Source of the DNA: the human T2T-CHM13v2.0 reference genome, Homo sapiens
Strand: one strand, 5' to 3'
Assembly (NCBI RefSeq): GCF_009914755.1
Contig: NC_060934.1
DNA length: 64,000 nt
The notes under the pieces were generated by a model. That model did not search any database and had not been told where the DNA came from. It saw nothing but the letters and a program-made list of their open reading frames with translations. The position numbers and the translations under genes were made by a program. Of this stretch, positions 31,480-46,284 are shown in pieces; position 1 is the first letter of the stretch, and each line of letters begins with the position of its first letter.

Positions 31480-31616
31480 TGGAAATAGATTTGCTATGTA
31501 AACAGTTATTAGAACCATATAATCTGTATCTATAACTACTGCTCCTGCGACTTTTCAAATTTAATAAAACTGTCTATTCAGTACAGCTTTCTTGGATTTG
31601 CAAGGCTCTGTTAGTC
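31480..31616 (-). pseudogene. Candidate exon (TNRALQIQESCTE*TVLLNLKSRRSSSYRYRLYGSNNCLHSKSIS)
   Basis: Suboptimal acceptor ttattattttgag|GAC, donor CCA|gtaagg; 137 nt, phase 2 to 1; one TAG. Confidence 0.4.
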
Positions 31617-32413
31617 CTCAAAATAATAAGGCAAGGCTCACAAAGACAGATGGCAATTGCCAAGATTACAAGTACTTTTATATTGATTTTAAAAACTCTA
31701 GTAAAATATCAAAATATGTTATCTCCTGGAGAACAACTTGAAAATAAACTAGTGAAATTGAAAGTTAGGATGAGAAACGCTTATTAAATCTTAATCTTGG
31801 ACAAATCTTGATCTTTATCATTACAGTGAATGTTTTTAGAGCTTTTATTGGGATCAAGTGAACCAGTTTGGAAATGCTTTGATATTTATGTTTGGATTCT
31901 GTTTCTACATTTACTAAGATTTATGTAACTATCTACCATCTACTTAGCTAGATGTACCATTGCAAGTAGTATATACCGTGTTTAACTAATACCATTTACA
32001 TATGCTTTTTATAAATAGTATCACTTATAGGTAATACATGCGTTTATCTGTTGTAATGTCTTTTGGGTTTGATTGCTTAACCAAATGTTCTAAACTATTT
32101 CTGTTATTTTAAAGCATTATATAATTTTAACCTATTTATAGTTTATTTCATTCAGAACATGCATCCTGCCATTTTTTGCTGTATTTTGAGATAAGATTTT
32201 ATGTTAAATACATGCCTCAAAAGAAAGATTAAATTACCTACCTAATTTAGCAAAGAAAAAATATTTACCATATGTGAAGTCTACCTAGCTTGAGTTTTGA
32301 AATCCAGAATTTTCTAATCCAGGAGAAGGACTCACTATTTAAGGTGTTTAATCAAGAGCTGGAGAAGGACAGAATGAATTGCTGTGGCTGCAACTTACAC
32401 CAGAGTCACACTA

Positions 32414-32429
32414 TAGTGCCCTCCTGTGG
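32414..32429 (-). promoter_or_regulatory. Candidate CTCF site CCACAGGAGGGCACTA
   Basis: Close match to the CTCF core CCASYAGRKGGCRSTA in otherwise AT-rich unique DNA. Confidence 0.5.
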
Positions 32430-33448
32430 AGGTTTGGTTAAAACTTCATTTTTGTGCCCATGAGAATGATTTTCAAACTAAGTGACAAAGTCATCACATT
32501 CAAAATTGCCAAAGTTCAATATAGTTTTGTCATTTTTTTCCTTTGCAACTAGACATTAAATTACTTTCAAAATATAAGAAACATTCACAGTTCAGAAGAT
32601 TTGCAGTTCAAAATACAAACCGAGACTTGTCAGCATTTTATCTACATTTCTTATTTTATTTTAGTGGATTTTACCTCAATTTTTACTTAAATAGTTGAAT
32701 GTTAAAGAGGAGAGAGCATAATCAGTTCCTGAACTAGGAAGATAAATTCTTCAGCTAACATATTTACAGATTTATGTAATAAAAAGAGTTTTCTTGTTAA
32801 AAGCATAAAGATTATAATATTGTAGAATCCCAAAAGAAAAAATAACAACAAAAGTTTAGACTATACACTCATTTATATTCATCAAAAAATGTGCAAACAG
32901 TGATTCTTTTTCAAACTGTTATACTTCCCCCCGCTTACCCCCAGTTGAAGAGTTAACCTTTTTTTCTGAAGATAAATTAATGCTACTTATTACGTATTTA
33001 TTTCAAAATAATTTGGTTCATTTGTTTTTTCTCTCTGCCCTAAACCTCTTTTTACACTTAGTTTCAAGGGTATGAAAATGTGAATTTTATCATATGTGGC
33101 ACGTGCACACTCATATATGCCCTGAGACTTCTTTACACAGTTGTCATTTGTACACCTTTAAAATTAAGTTTCAGTGTATACAAAATTCTCAGATCGATGG
33201 ATTAGGTATTTCCTTTTGCATTTCCTCTTTTCCTCCCCAGCCCAATGCTCCACCACCCAAGCTTTTCTAATTTGCGACTGCCAGGGATGCCTGTTAACTA
33301 TTGAAAACCTGAAGCCCACCTTCACTCTTCAATGGGATATTAAACAAGTGTTAAGAATCATAGAACCTAATTAAGACTTTATTCAAGAAGTAGGAAGGGG
33401 GGAAAAAAAACACTAAAAAGACTTAAGAGAAAAACCAGGAAGTTTTAC

Positions 33449-33519
33449 GCAGCATTTTATGTCAACAAGAAACACAATGGATTTTTATCTCTTCACATAA
33501 ATCTTTTTAAATCTGTCTC
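33449..33519 (-). pseudogene. Candidate exon (DRFKKIYVKR*KSIVFLVDIKCC)
   Basis: Very strong acceptor ttttctccttcccattttcag|GAG; weak donor TGC|gtaaaa; phase 1 to 0; one TAA. Confidence 0.4.
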
Positions 33520-34699
33520 CTGAAAATGGGAAGGAGAAAACATTGGTTTTTCAAAGTTTAAATGTCTGTAATTACAGACCATTAGCTAACTGGCAACGTT
33601 CATAACTAAAGAAGTAAGTGGAGCGCTCTCTGTAGGAATGGCCATTATCAAAGAGATTGTGAGTGAGCTCATCCAAACTAGAAGTGTTAGATAAAATTTT
33701 AAAACAAGAACAAAAATAGGATGAGAAAATGCAGAACAGGGTGGAAGATGGTGTTCATTTCCTTTAGTAAAAAATGGCTTAATTTGTGAGACCAGATTAG
33801 ATAAGAAACATAACTGAGAAATTCAACCTAACCTAAAAGTAACCTTAAAATGTTAAATAAAATTTGCTTAGTACTGCGCATTCTTGTTGTCCTGTGTTCA
33901 AAAGAGAATTTAGAAGAATGAGATTTTTCCAAGGCCAGGAATACATAAAGTTCCATTAATGAGCGAAGGTGATATCTAAGATGCCTCTTTAGAATAGTCT
34001 CAAGAGAACAAAATTGGGAGCCAGCTAGAAAATTTCCCTCAAAACAATCCAGGATGAACCCCCAAAAGCCATTTATAAAGTAAGTAAGCATCACAGGGCT
34101 CAAAGTCAAAAGAGAATGTGTGGGGCTCAGAACACATCCTCTCCAGAAATCTAATTTAGTATCATCAAGAACTTGGTTTGCTCTCTTCCTAGACTCCACA
34201 CAAGTCTGAGAGCAGTTTTCTATCAATAAAATCAGATAAAGTCATTGAGGTGAAATCATCTAAGAAGAGGTAGCTATAACCCTTAAATCTTTAGTCCTAG
34301 TTTCCCACCCTGGAGCAACCAAAGTTAGACGGAGAGCTACAGTCTGGTACCAATATAGCTTATTCCCCCACCAACCCCTCTGGAGCTTCTGTTGTCCTAT
34401 GGAGGTCTTGCTGAAAAAGACGAGGGCCTTGCCTTCAAGGAGTTCACCTTATAGATGTGAATGTTAGCTTTTATCTATCACCTAAGTTTATTTTAGAAAT
34501 GTTTTTGTTTTAATCCTAAATTACATTTCCCTCTGTATTTCTTCTGTCACATGAGCCATGGCAAAAATTGCTCCAAAGGCTTGATGAGAGTTGGAGAAGA
34601 GAAGAATATGTAACCAAGTCAGATGAGTGAGGGGAAGAAAGGGAGGTTTGAAGAAGTGCTCACAATTCTCACTCAGTCTTTCCTATAATTCCTTCCCAT

Positions 34700-37070
34700 A
34701 GCAGTTCTGAAGTAATGTGGTTCAGAACCCCGACCATGTAGCTGAATCACTTGAAGCGCTTTAAAAACAAACTACGCTTCTCTAATTATCAGTGATATTG
34801 AACTTTTTTTCACATGCTTGTTGGCCGAAAGTATGCCTTCTTTTGAGAGGTATCTGTTCATGTCCTTTGCCCACTTGTTAATGGGGTTATTTATTTTTCT
34901 CTTGGAAATGTGTTTAAGTTCCTTATAGATGCTGAATATTAGACATTTGTCAGATGCATAGTCGGCAAATATTTTCTCACATTCTGTAGATTGTATGTTT
35001 ACTCTGATAGTTTCTTTTACTGTGCAGAAGCTCTTAAGTTTAATTAGATCCCATTTTCAATTTTTGCTTTTGTTGAGATTGTTTTTGGTGTCTTTGTCAT
35101 TCCTAGGTCCAGGATGGTATTGCCTAGGTTGTCTTCCAAGATTCCTATAGTTTTGGGTTTTACATTTAAGTCTTCAATTCATCTTGAGTTGACTTTTATA
35201 TATGGTGTAAGAAAGGGTTCCAGCCTCAATCTTCTGCATATGGCTAGCCAGTTACCTCAGCACCATTTATTTAATAGGGGATCTTTTCCTCATTGCTTGT
35301 TTTTATCAGCTTCATGAAAGATCAGATGGTCATAGATGTGCAGCCTTATTTCTGGGCTCCCTATTCTGTTCCTTTGGTCTACGTGCCTGTTTTTGTATCA
35401 ATACCATGCTGTTTTGGTTGCTGTAGCTATGTAGTATAGTTTCAAGTTGGGTAACATGATTCCTCCAGATTTGTTCTTTTTGCTTAGGATTGCCTTGGCT
35501 ATTTGGGCTCTTTCATGGGTCCATGTAAATTTCAAAATAATTTTCTCTAGTTCTGTGAAGAATGTCATTGGTAGTTTGATAGGAATAGAATTAAATCTGT
35601 ACATTACTTTGGGCAATATAGCCATTTTAATGATATTGATTCTTCTTATCCATGAGCATGGGATGTTTTTCCATTTATTTGTGTCTTCTCTGATTTCTTT
35701 GAGCAGTGTTTTGTAATTCTCATTGCAGAGATCTTTCACCTCCCTCATTAGCTGTTTGCCTAGGTATTTTATTGTTTTTTTGTGGCTGTTGTGAATGGGA
35801 TCGCCTTTCTGATTTGGCTCTCAGTTTGGTTGCTGCTGATGTGTAGGAATACTAGTGATTTTTGTACACTGATTTTGTATTCTGCAACTTTGCTGAAGTT
35901 GATTATCAGCTGAAGGAGCTTTTGGACCAAGACTATGGGGTTTTATAGATAGAGAATTATCTTGTCATATGCAAACAGAGATAGTTTGGCTTCCTCTCTT
36001 CCTATTTGGATGCCCTTAATTTCTTTCTCTTGCCTGATTGCTCCAAAGAAGACATACATGCGACCAACAAGCATATGAAAAAAGCTCAATATCACTGATT
36101 ATTAGAGAAATGCAAATCAAAACCACAATGAGATAGCGTCTCACACCAGTCAGAATGGCTATTATTACAAGGTCAAAAAATAACAGATGCTGGTGAGGTT
36201 GCAGAGAAAAGGGAACCCCTCTACACTGTTGGTGGGAGTGTAAATTAGTTCAATCATTGTGGAAAGCAGTGTGGTGATTTCTCAAAAAGCTAAAAGCAGA
36301 ACTGGTAACCATTTGACCCAGCAATCCCATTACTGGGTATATACCCAGAGGAATATAAAGCATTCTACCATAAAGACACATTCACGCGAATTTTTGTTGC
36401 AGCACTATTCACAATAGCAAAGACATGGAGTCAACCTAAATGCTCATCAATGACAGACTGGATAAAGGAAATGTGGTACATATACACCATGGAATACTAT
36501 GCAGCCATAAAAAAGCACAAGATCATGCCTTTTGCAGGAACGTGGTCGGAGCCAAAGGCTATCATCTTTAGCAAACTAACACAGGAACAGGAAACCAAAT
36601 ACCACATGTTCTCACTTATAAGCGAGAGCTAAATGATAAGAATTTATGAACACGAAGGAGGAAACAACAGACACTGGGGTCTACTTGAAGCAGGAGGGTG
36701 GGAGGAGGGAGAGGAGCAGAAAAGATAACTATTGGGTACTGAGTTAAGTACCTGGGTGATGTAATAATATGTACAACAAACCCCTGTGACACATGTTTAC
36801 CCATGTAACAAACCTCCACATGTACCCCCAAACTAAAATAAAAATTTTTTTAAATGATATCTGGGGAAAATGTGGAAAATATCTTCACTTACCGATTAAA
36901 GGGTATACAAAAAAACAATAAATAAAATATCTTATTTAAAAAAAAAAAAAACAAAGACACCTCCCCCACCACTATTCTAATTCAATAGGTCTGGGGTAGG
37001 GCTTGGCATCTCTAGTTTTTAAATGCCCCATGGTGATTCTGATGCACAACCAGTGGCTGAAAACCAGCAA
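34700..37070. mobile_element. MER5-type hAT-Charlie fossil split by an L1 (pieces about 34700-34775 and 36947-37070)
   Basis: gaatcacttgaagcgctttaaaaa / ataggtctggggtagggc...ggtgattctgatgcac motifs. Confidence 0.75.
34778..36951 (+). mobile_element. Twin-primed older L1PA (about PA12-14): inverted 5' part 34778-36043, sense 3' part 36044-36854, probable transduction 36855-36937
   Basis: Minus-strand ORF2 peptide (35398-35748) abuts plus-strand ORF2 end and 3' UTR; TT/AAAA site and aaaaacaaa TSD. Confidence 0.9.
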
Positions 37071-37139
37071 ATTAAATTTTGCTGCAACTGTGTATAATTT
37101 GCCAGCATACGTTCATCTACCATCTACTCCCCCAAAAGA

Positions 37140-37349
37140 GACAGGAATGGAGGCCAGTTACAGGAGCAGAAAGGTAGCAGGAGCCTAGATCCCATAAGAT
37201 TTTGTGAAAAGCAGAGCCACCATACAGCTTGGTACTGTCTATTTCTGGATTTTTATGTGAAGGCAAGATAAAATACTGTCATGTCAAAGCTGCTGGAATT
37301 TGAATTTTCTGTCACTTTAACAGCTAAATATAATACCATCTAAATATAC
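37140..37349 (+). mobile_element. Old MLT1 (J/K-like) fragment
   Basis: gcagagccaccatacagc...ttttctgtcactttaacagctaaa pattern. Confidence 0.55.
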
Positions 37350-37361
37350 CAATATCACTAC

Positions 37362-37427
37362 TTTATATTGCTTGTAAACAAATATATTTTTGCTAGTAAA
37401 CAAATATTATATTGCTAGTAAACAAAA
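37362..37427. repeat. 22-bp tandem trimer, each unit with GTAAACAAA
   Basis: Motif at 37374, 37396 and 37418. Confidence 0.9.
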
Positions 37428-38550
37428 ATTAGCCACCTTTAATTTTTACATATTTAAATTCAAAACATCTTAATGATAAGTCCAGAATCACCTCTATTAT
37501 AACATATTTTGTCTTCTCAAAAAAATATGTTGTCTTATAATTGTAACTAAATATTATTGTAGTCTACATTATGTCTTAACAATTGTACAATAAATGTTGT
37601 AGTGGCTTGAACCTTCTTGCAAATTATGCACAGTAAAAACTATATTAAATCAAGCCCAAATAACTTTGAATTTCAAATATATCAACTTGGCCTGCACTAA
37701 TAGTAAATTTTGGTCTATAAAAAAACAAAGACACTCATAATTTAGAGACTATTACATGGAGGCTGTTTATAAACCAGCTCTTGCTCTCTTAAGCAGAACA
37801 GTTTGAATTTGGCAGCATTTGTTGTTTATATGCAAATGGACATTGCTAATTATAAGTGAGTTTTTTTTTTCTTAAGTCATTTAGGTATATCCAGAATCTC
37901 AACTTGTAACCTTTTATTAGCACTGTCAGTTACTATACCAGTCTTTTTTAATAGGGATCTGCAAGAGAACTACATTCTACGGAAAACGATTAAATGACTA
38001 TTTTCTGAATTTTCTCAAGGATAGTTGCATAGCTAGTAAGATTCTAGATGCATAGGAGAGAAATTAACTCATTACAAAAGTGGATGCCTCGGCCATGAGG
38101 GATAAATTCTCTAGGAATCTTGCTCGAGAGGTTGAGAATTGCTACCACTTGAAAGTGAAGTTTTATTTAGAAATATTCTATAATTCAGACTGCTCTCAAA
38201 TTTAGACTAGCTTTCCACCAAATTCATCCAAATTGAAAGTATTTACTAGATATGGAAGTAGCTTTAATTCTTCAGAAATTTGAGTTCATTTTTTAAATTC
38301 TATCTTTGGTAAAAGTTCTCATGTAAATGTTATAAACAGCAATTTAGATTGCAAGTTTTAAGCATGAGACTGGTATGATAACAGCAGTATTTTGAGCAAA
38401 GTAACTTGGCAATGTTATAACAACATTTTGAAATGAAAAGTGATTAGGGACACAGATTAATTGGAAAATTAGGAAATTGCTAAGTTTTTTTTTTTAATGC
38501 TAGCATATAGCAACGGTAATGGAAAGGAATGGACTTATGTAAAAAATATT

Positions 38551-38864
<314 letters not shown>

Positions 38865-39329
38865 CTACTTGGATATAAACGACTTGAGAAGCTAAGACAA
38901 ACCAAAATTTGCACACATTTGAACAAGAGGATCTAAAAGAGAAGTTGTGCCATTAGTATAATTCGAAGCCAATTTTTCATAATAATAATGAGATGTGAAT
39001 ATAAGTTTAGTTTTAAATACATTAAGTTTAATGTGATATTGGAATGACAAAATATAAACTTCCAACAAACAGATAGGACTGGATATGTACATTAGAAAGG
39101 TCATTACCTCAACTGGGAGAGGGAACTCTTGTATAATAATCTATCGCCATCTTTGTATAGATACAGCTTCTCGTACCATCCACTGTGACATCATGATAGA
39201 AAGATGCCAGATCCTGTCTGTGTGTCCTTTGTGGGCAGGCTCTGGACATGTGTGAGTAATGGAGGAGGAGAAACCAGGTTTGAAATGTATGGAGCTAGCA
39301 GCAAGCCTACGGGATATTCATCTAAACAT

Positions 39330-40829
<1,500 letters not shown>

Positions 40830-40830
<1 letters not shown>

Positions 40831-41140
40831 CTCTGGCTGCTGTTTGTACATGGTTCTTACCAAATGTGGGGAAGCAGGGAGACCAGGTAGAAGGTAATGG
40901 CTGTGGTCTGAGTCACATGGAACAGGATAGTGGCGTGGAAGGTAGAGAGAAGTCGATTTCAGTTTTATTTCAGAGTATATATGACAGGACTTGCTGAAAA
41001 ATTGGGTGCAAAGAGTGAGCGAAAGGGAGGAATTAAGAATGTCTTCCAGGATTCAGTTTGAGTAGCTGCAAGACTCGGGGGGAGACAGGGCTGAGTGAAG
41101 AAAAAAAGCTTCTTTGCCGGGGACATTAAGCTTGTCATGT
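40830..41140 (-). mobile_element. L2 remnant
   Basis: gacaggacttgctga...gagtgagcgaaagggaggaattaagaatg L2 motif. Confidence 0.65.
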
Positions 41141-41357
41141 TTTCTCCATGCTGCCTATTGTATTGTACTTTATAGTGCCACCCACATTAGACTATAAACT
41201 CAAAGAGGGCAAGAACTGACTGCTTTTTACTCTCATGACATAAGATTTCTATTCAATTGAATTTAACATGTGTTGCACGAACTATATGCAAGATGCTCCA
41301 CCAGAAACTAGATTCAAATCCTTTGACTCAAACTCAAACTACAAAGAAAAAAAAAGG

Positions 41358-41597
41358 CAAGTGGATAAGAGCCCAGATTTGGAATGAGATAGACCAGACT
41401 TAGCACCTTAGTTCTGTCACCTGCTAATTGTGGGGCCTTGGAACAGTAACATCACCTCTCAGAGCTTCTTGTTCCTCGTCTAAAAATGAGAATGATTATC
41501 CCTGTCTTATAGGATTATCACAAAGTAAAAATAAAACAATGTGTGCAAAATGCTTATTACAGTGCCCAGCATACATTAGCACTCAATAAATGGTAGG
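41358..41597 (+). mobile_element. Near full-length MIR
   Basis: MIR core and 3' end acagtgcccagcatacattagcactcaataaat. Confidence 0.8.
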
Positions 41598-43523
41598 ATG
41601 TACTTGCATTTGGTTTTCCTGCCAATACAGACAATATCTATAGCACAGACATCACAAAATCAGTGTACTAGAAAATGTTGAGAGAGAAGTTATTTTTTTC
41701 AGCATAAGAACATATCTTAAATAATTTCAGGAGAAGATAATAGGTTTCTGTACTCTTCTAGTCCTGAAAAGGAGGGGGACTAAAAGGCACTGTGAGCAAA
41801 AATAGAATGAATTTACCCAATTCTTTACTGCACTATTTAACCTCTGCTTTCTTAATCATATGCACAGCAGGGGAAAGGATGTGCTAAAACAATTCATGTG
41901 TCATGAACAAAGCAGCCGCAGATTTTAGCTCAAAAATCACACTAGGAAAACCACCAGTTGCAAGTAAAGTAATAAGGCCAAATTTATTTTTTTCATTGAG
42001 TCTTGAGTTACAAGCAACCCTTTAATTACATTAATCAAGCAGGCTTCCTCTCAACAAATGAAGGGAAATATATTGTCCTAACTTTTGCTAAACTTGTTTT
42101 TTAAGTTGCTGGATATTACTTGGACATATGGAAAATAAATCCCTTGATTTCTTTTTTATATTTTTCTCCATCTTTCAATGTAGCCATAGCAAAAGACAAA
42201 CATATACTTACTTCTAGACATGACTTACTCTGTGAAAGATTGTAAATCACATTTTAAATTTAAAACATTTACATTTCAATATTTAAAACATTAGCACTCG
42301 ACTAAATTTCACTTTAATTTCCCTTTCCATTTTTCTAATTTTTTGCATTTTTATATATGTTTCTAAGAAAATTGACTCTACCAATTGGTTTACTATCAAT
42401 CAGCCGGTCATTTGTCCCATTTAATGGATGGAAAACCCAAGGCTTGTAGGAGATTAGATGATTTTCCCAGAGGTCTTGTAGTTACAAAATACCAAAGCTG
42501 GGGCTGAACCCAGGCCTGTTTGACCCTAGCTTTTCACCAGTGTCACACACATCTTTTGTTCTAGAATGTTCTCCGTATGTATCTGTTCATTTGTATATGC
42601 CACTTCCTCTGTCTGTCTGTCTATCTGGTATTTTCCCTCCCTATCCAACCCCATCTGCATGCTAACTCCTATTTCTCCTTTGAGATTCAACTCAAGCACC
42701 ATCTCTCTTTTTAAGCTTTCTCTGAATCCCTTCTTCTCTTCCCTCCCACCAAAAATCAATTGGCAATCCTTCTTCTATATTTCTAGAACACTCTACATAT
42801 ACTTCTAATAATTGTTTCATTCTTCAAATTATGTTATTCCTACCAAGTGCCCCCACCACCCACACAATAGACTGAGACCTCCTCAAAAGTCAGAGCCTTT
42901 GTGTTGTTTGTCTCTGAATCTCCATGACCTAGTACCGTACTTGGCTTGGAGTGCATGTTCAGTGAAGGTGAAAATGATAATATAAATGAGAGTTTATAAA
43001 ATATAAAGTTCCTTGTTTTCTGAAAAAATATGAAAGCTTTAAGTAATTGCTAAGAGTTTAACTTAACTTTTGACGATACACAGGATTTATAGAAGAGGGC
43101 AGGAGGAATGTTAAAATCTAAAACAAGTGATTGGAAATAAATCCTGAATTGAATTGAAATTTCCAAAGTATAACATTATTACAGGAAATGTAAATAACCT
43201 TAATTTATATTTCTATCATTGCAGTCATATTTTGAGAATGCAGTGAAATTGTTCATATTTTATAGTGAGGGCTCTAAACGTGTACATTAAACATTTTGTG
43301 TTTCCTGGCTTTTAAAAATGATTACTACCCTGTAATTTACACTTTGTTTAAGCAAATGAACAAACATAGCATCATTTTAATCAGGGTCATCAAGCAGCTC
43401 AGCAGCAACCCATTTGACCTAATATATCATTAAACTTGTTTGAGCCAGGTGGTAGTTCTCAAATAACCACATACAATCTCAGTTTGTGATGAAATAAAAC
43501 TAGTCTTCCAGTACATGGCACAC

Positions 43524-43656
43524 CTATGTTGGCTGGCATATCAGCCCTCCTCACACTAGGAGGTGCTAGAGAGTCAGACCTATTGTCCTCAAAAGGAGAG
43601 AACATCAGCCCTGGTACTTATTGCCCTACTGTATCATAAATCAGCTTAGGCGCTAC
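43524..43656 (-). pseudogene. Candidate exon (VAPKLIYDTVGQ*VPGLMFSPFEDNRSDSLAPPSVRRADMPANI)
   Basis: ccatttttcttag|GTA; donor either TAG|gtgtgc at 43524 (phase 1) or a mutated GCA|ataagta at 43622 (phase 2, which would link to a further candidate exon 41941-41817). Confidence 0.4.
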
Positions 43657-44623
43657 CTAAGAAAAATGGCAAACACCATAGAGGTCTAAGTAAGAGAATT
43701 AAGTTAAATAACACCAGCAATTCAATAAAATTAAAATAAAATATGGCAAACACTTTGCAAGCAAGGTGAAATGTATGAGTTCGTTTCCAAATGTGCGCTA
43801 TATTCTGCAGCCCTATATTTCCATTTGCTACTTTTTCCTTGAATTAATGTCTAGTCTTTTGAAAGGATAGCAGCATTTCAGTGCTATTCCTCTGTGTATA
43901 CAGTCAGTAATGTTTGTCAAGAGCTTTGGAAGGAAAGGACTACATAAATGTCAGTAGTTATTAATACTGGGATTTTTATATCTAGCTATCAAATGTGTTT
44001 TTCATAGTCTATGACCAGAGGTCTATTTGTATCCATCTAACTATAAATGTTTTAAGTAAAAATAACCACTGACCAACAACAGTATTTCTTCTGTTCTTCT
44101 TTATAATCAAAGTAATATTTATCAGAAGTTAGCAATTACGCTCAAATTCTTCCAGAGCCAAGTTTATTTTGACATGTTTTTATATTCCAGGTCACTTAAT
44201 ACCACTTATTCCTCTGGCTTTGGGTAACTATTATGAGGCTAGTTGACAAGGTTGACAAGGTCCACTTACAAACCCCACTATGGCCTCCCTGTCCTTGCTC
44301 TTCTCTTTGTCTGGCCTATCCCTAACAGGTACATTGTTTTGTTGTCAGCTAAAATCAGGGACTCACCCAACAGTTCTCTACCCCTATGGCCCAACTGTAG
44401 CCGTTTTTATGTAGTGTTACAAATGAATTGTGCAGGCATTTGTATCCCTGCCTTCTTACTCCACCTTCAGACTGTAACTCTTTTGAGGCAGAAATCCTGC
44501 CTATGCCATGTTTTGCACATGGAACGCACACAGATCAGTTGAATTGAACCAAAATCTGAATCTTACGCAAAACACAAGAGACTCTTCTTTTAAACGTGTG
44601 ATGTGCTGCAGCATAAAGCTTAC

Positions 44624-44716
44624 TGGCAGAGGGTCACAGCATATCCAGCAAGATGGCTTTTCACTTTTTTCTCAAATGTATTTCAACTCCATTTTCTTTG
44701 AAAGACCCACAGTGTT
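44624..44716 (-). pseudogene. Candidate exon (NTVGLSKKMELKYI*EKSEKPSCWICCDPLP)
   Basis: ctcctttttaaag|AAC ... CCA|gtaagc; 93 nt symmetric; one TGA in phase 0. Confidence 0.5.
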
Positions 44717-45645
44717 CTTTAAAAAGGAGGAGATGTAACAGTTGGGTTGACCTACAACTGGTTCTCTGAGACTAGAGTTCAAATCTTAGTTTGAATTAAA
44801 AACCAAGATGGATTTGAAGGACTCTTACCACAAAGCCTATCTGCTAATGCATTTTTTTAAGGATCACACCAATTACCATGTTTGTCATGTACTCATAAGA
44901 ACCAGAATAGGTCAACATATATTGGCTGAGTTACACAAAGGAGTCTACAAAATATAGGCCTATGCTCTTTCTGGCTCTGGCCAGCAACCTTAGCCCTTCA
45001 CTTTTATATGCACTAAATTTTACTCTAGTTTTAATAATAATCACAATAAATATATTAATAAAATCATGTTTATATAAGAGGTTCATCTTGTTTAAAATGC
45101 ACTGAGAATCATGGTGCTTTATAGGACACAATTTATGCTCTCCTTGGTAATTTAAAGGTGATAACTTCATGTGATTCATTGCCACCTAGTTCTGAACTTT
45201 AATAATATAATGACTCATTATGATTTTTACATTTCTTAGAGAACCAGCTTGGTAAAAAACTTCGCAGTTGTTTTTACTGGGGTCATCTGAACTATGGTTC
45301 CCAGAATGTTTATGAAAAAAACATGCTTATATATTCTGAATGGCTGTAATCTATCATGGCTGGTGCTTGGTCTGCAGATTATGAGTGTACAGTGTCAACC
45401 CAGTGAATTAAAGCTTTGTTGTATATCAGCTTGCTACACAATTATTTCCAGTTCATATCATATAAATCATCACTCTTCACACGACAATCAGTAATTTCCA
45501 TCTTGTGTTCTAAGCATCCATGTTTTGTCTTAATGGCTCTGTCTGATTCTGCACCTAGAATGGTGTGACAGGACTGGTACTAATAGCTTAGAAAATAAAT
45601 TTCACTGTCACTAGAGCCTATTTAAGGAATATTCTATGTTCTCAC

Positions 45646-45724
45646 TGTTTTTTGTAAAGCTGTTTTGTATATGTTGGAATAATAGGAAATGAATTTAAAT
45701 AGAAACACTTCTCATGTCTTATCT
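45646..45724 (-). pseudogene. Candidate exon (DKT*EVFLFKFISYYSNIYKTALQKT)
   Basis: tttttttttgtttgcag|AGA ... ACA|gtgaga; 79 nt, phase 2 to 0; one TGA. Confidence 0.55.
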
Positions 45725-46144
45725 CTGCAAACAAAAAAAAACCATAATTTACAATAAATTAGCACAGCAGTTGTTAGTGTAGCTCAGCTTTATTTTGCAA
45801 TTCTCACACCTAAGCTCACAAGATGACACTTTTTCTGATAAGGTAATCTTTATAAGGTAGTTCTGTAGGTGATTACATCTGACAGATGCTAGTAAGATGG
45901 TGAAGTTCAGATATATAACAGCAAACACTTTAAAAAAATCTTGTTAAAATAATAAAATGTCTTATGATCTACCAATAGAAAAATCGATCTGACAAAAGAA
46001 TAAATTAGTTATAATGTTGTATTTCTGTGTCTAAAACCAAAATGAAATTATTCACCAATAAGTAGATAAATATACCAATTATAACAAAATACACTGCAAG
46101 GAAACTGGTATTTTTTAGATAAAGAATTGGTGTGGTAATATTAC

Positions 46145-46221
46145 CTTCCCAGTCATTTCATAGCATTTACACAGCATTGTTGAGCAGAATGAGAATAAAA
46201 AGCTTCTAACACAAACAGAAG
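46145..46221 (-). pseudogene. Candidate exon (LLFVLEAFYSHSAQQCCVNAMK*LG)
   Basis: ttctatttcttcag|CTT ... AAG|gtaata; 77 nt, phase 0 to 2; one TGA. Confidence 0.55.
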
Positions 46222-46284
46222 CTGAAGAAATAGAATGTGTCATTTCATAACATTTTGATAGTCTATCTGTTCTTCAAAACATAC

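Noticed and set aside
45275-45554. Extra minus-strand exon candidate starting at ccattctag|GTG (45554)
   Set aside because: The best frame is phase 1, which conflicts with the upstream phase-0 end without an indel; no clear donor. Recheck if an orthologue is found.
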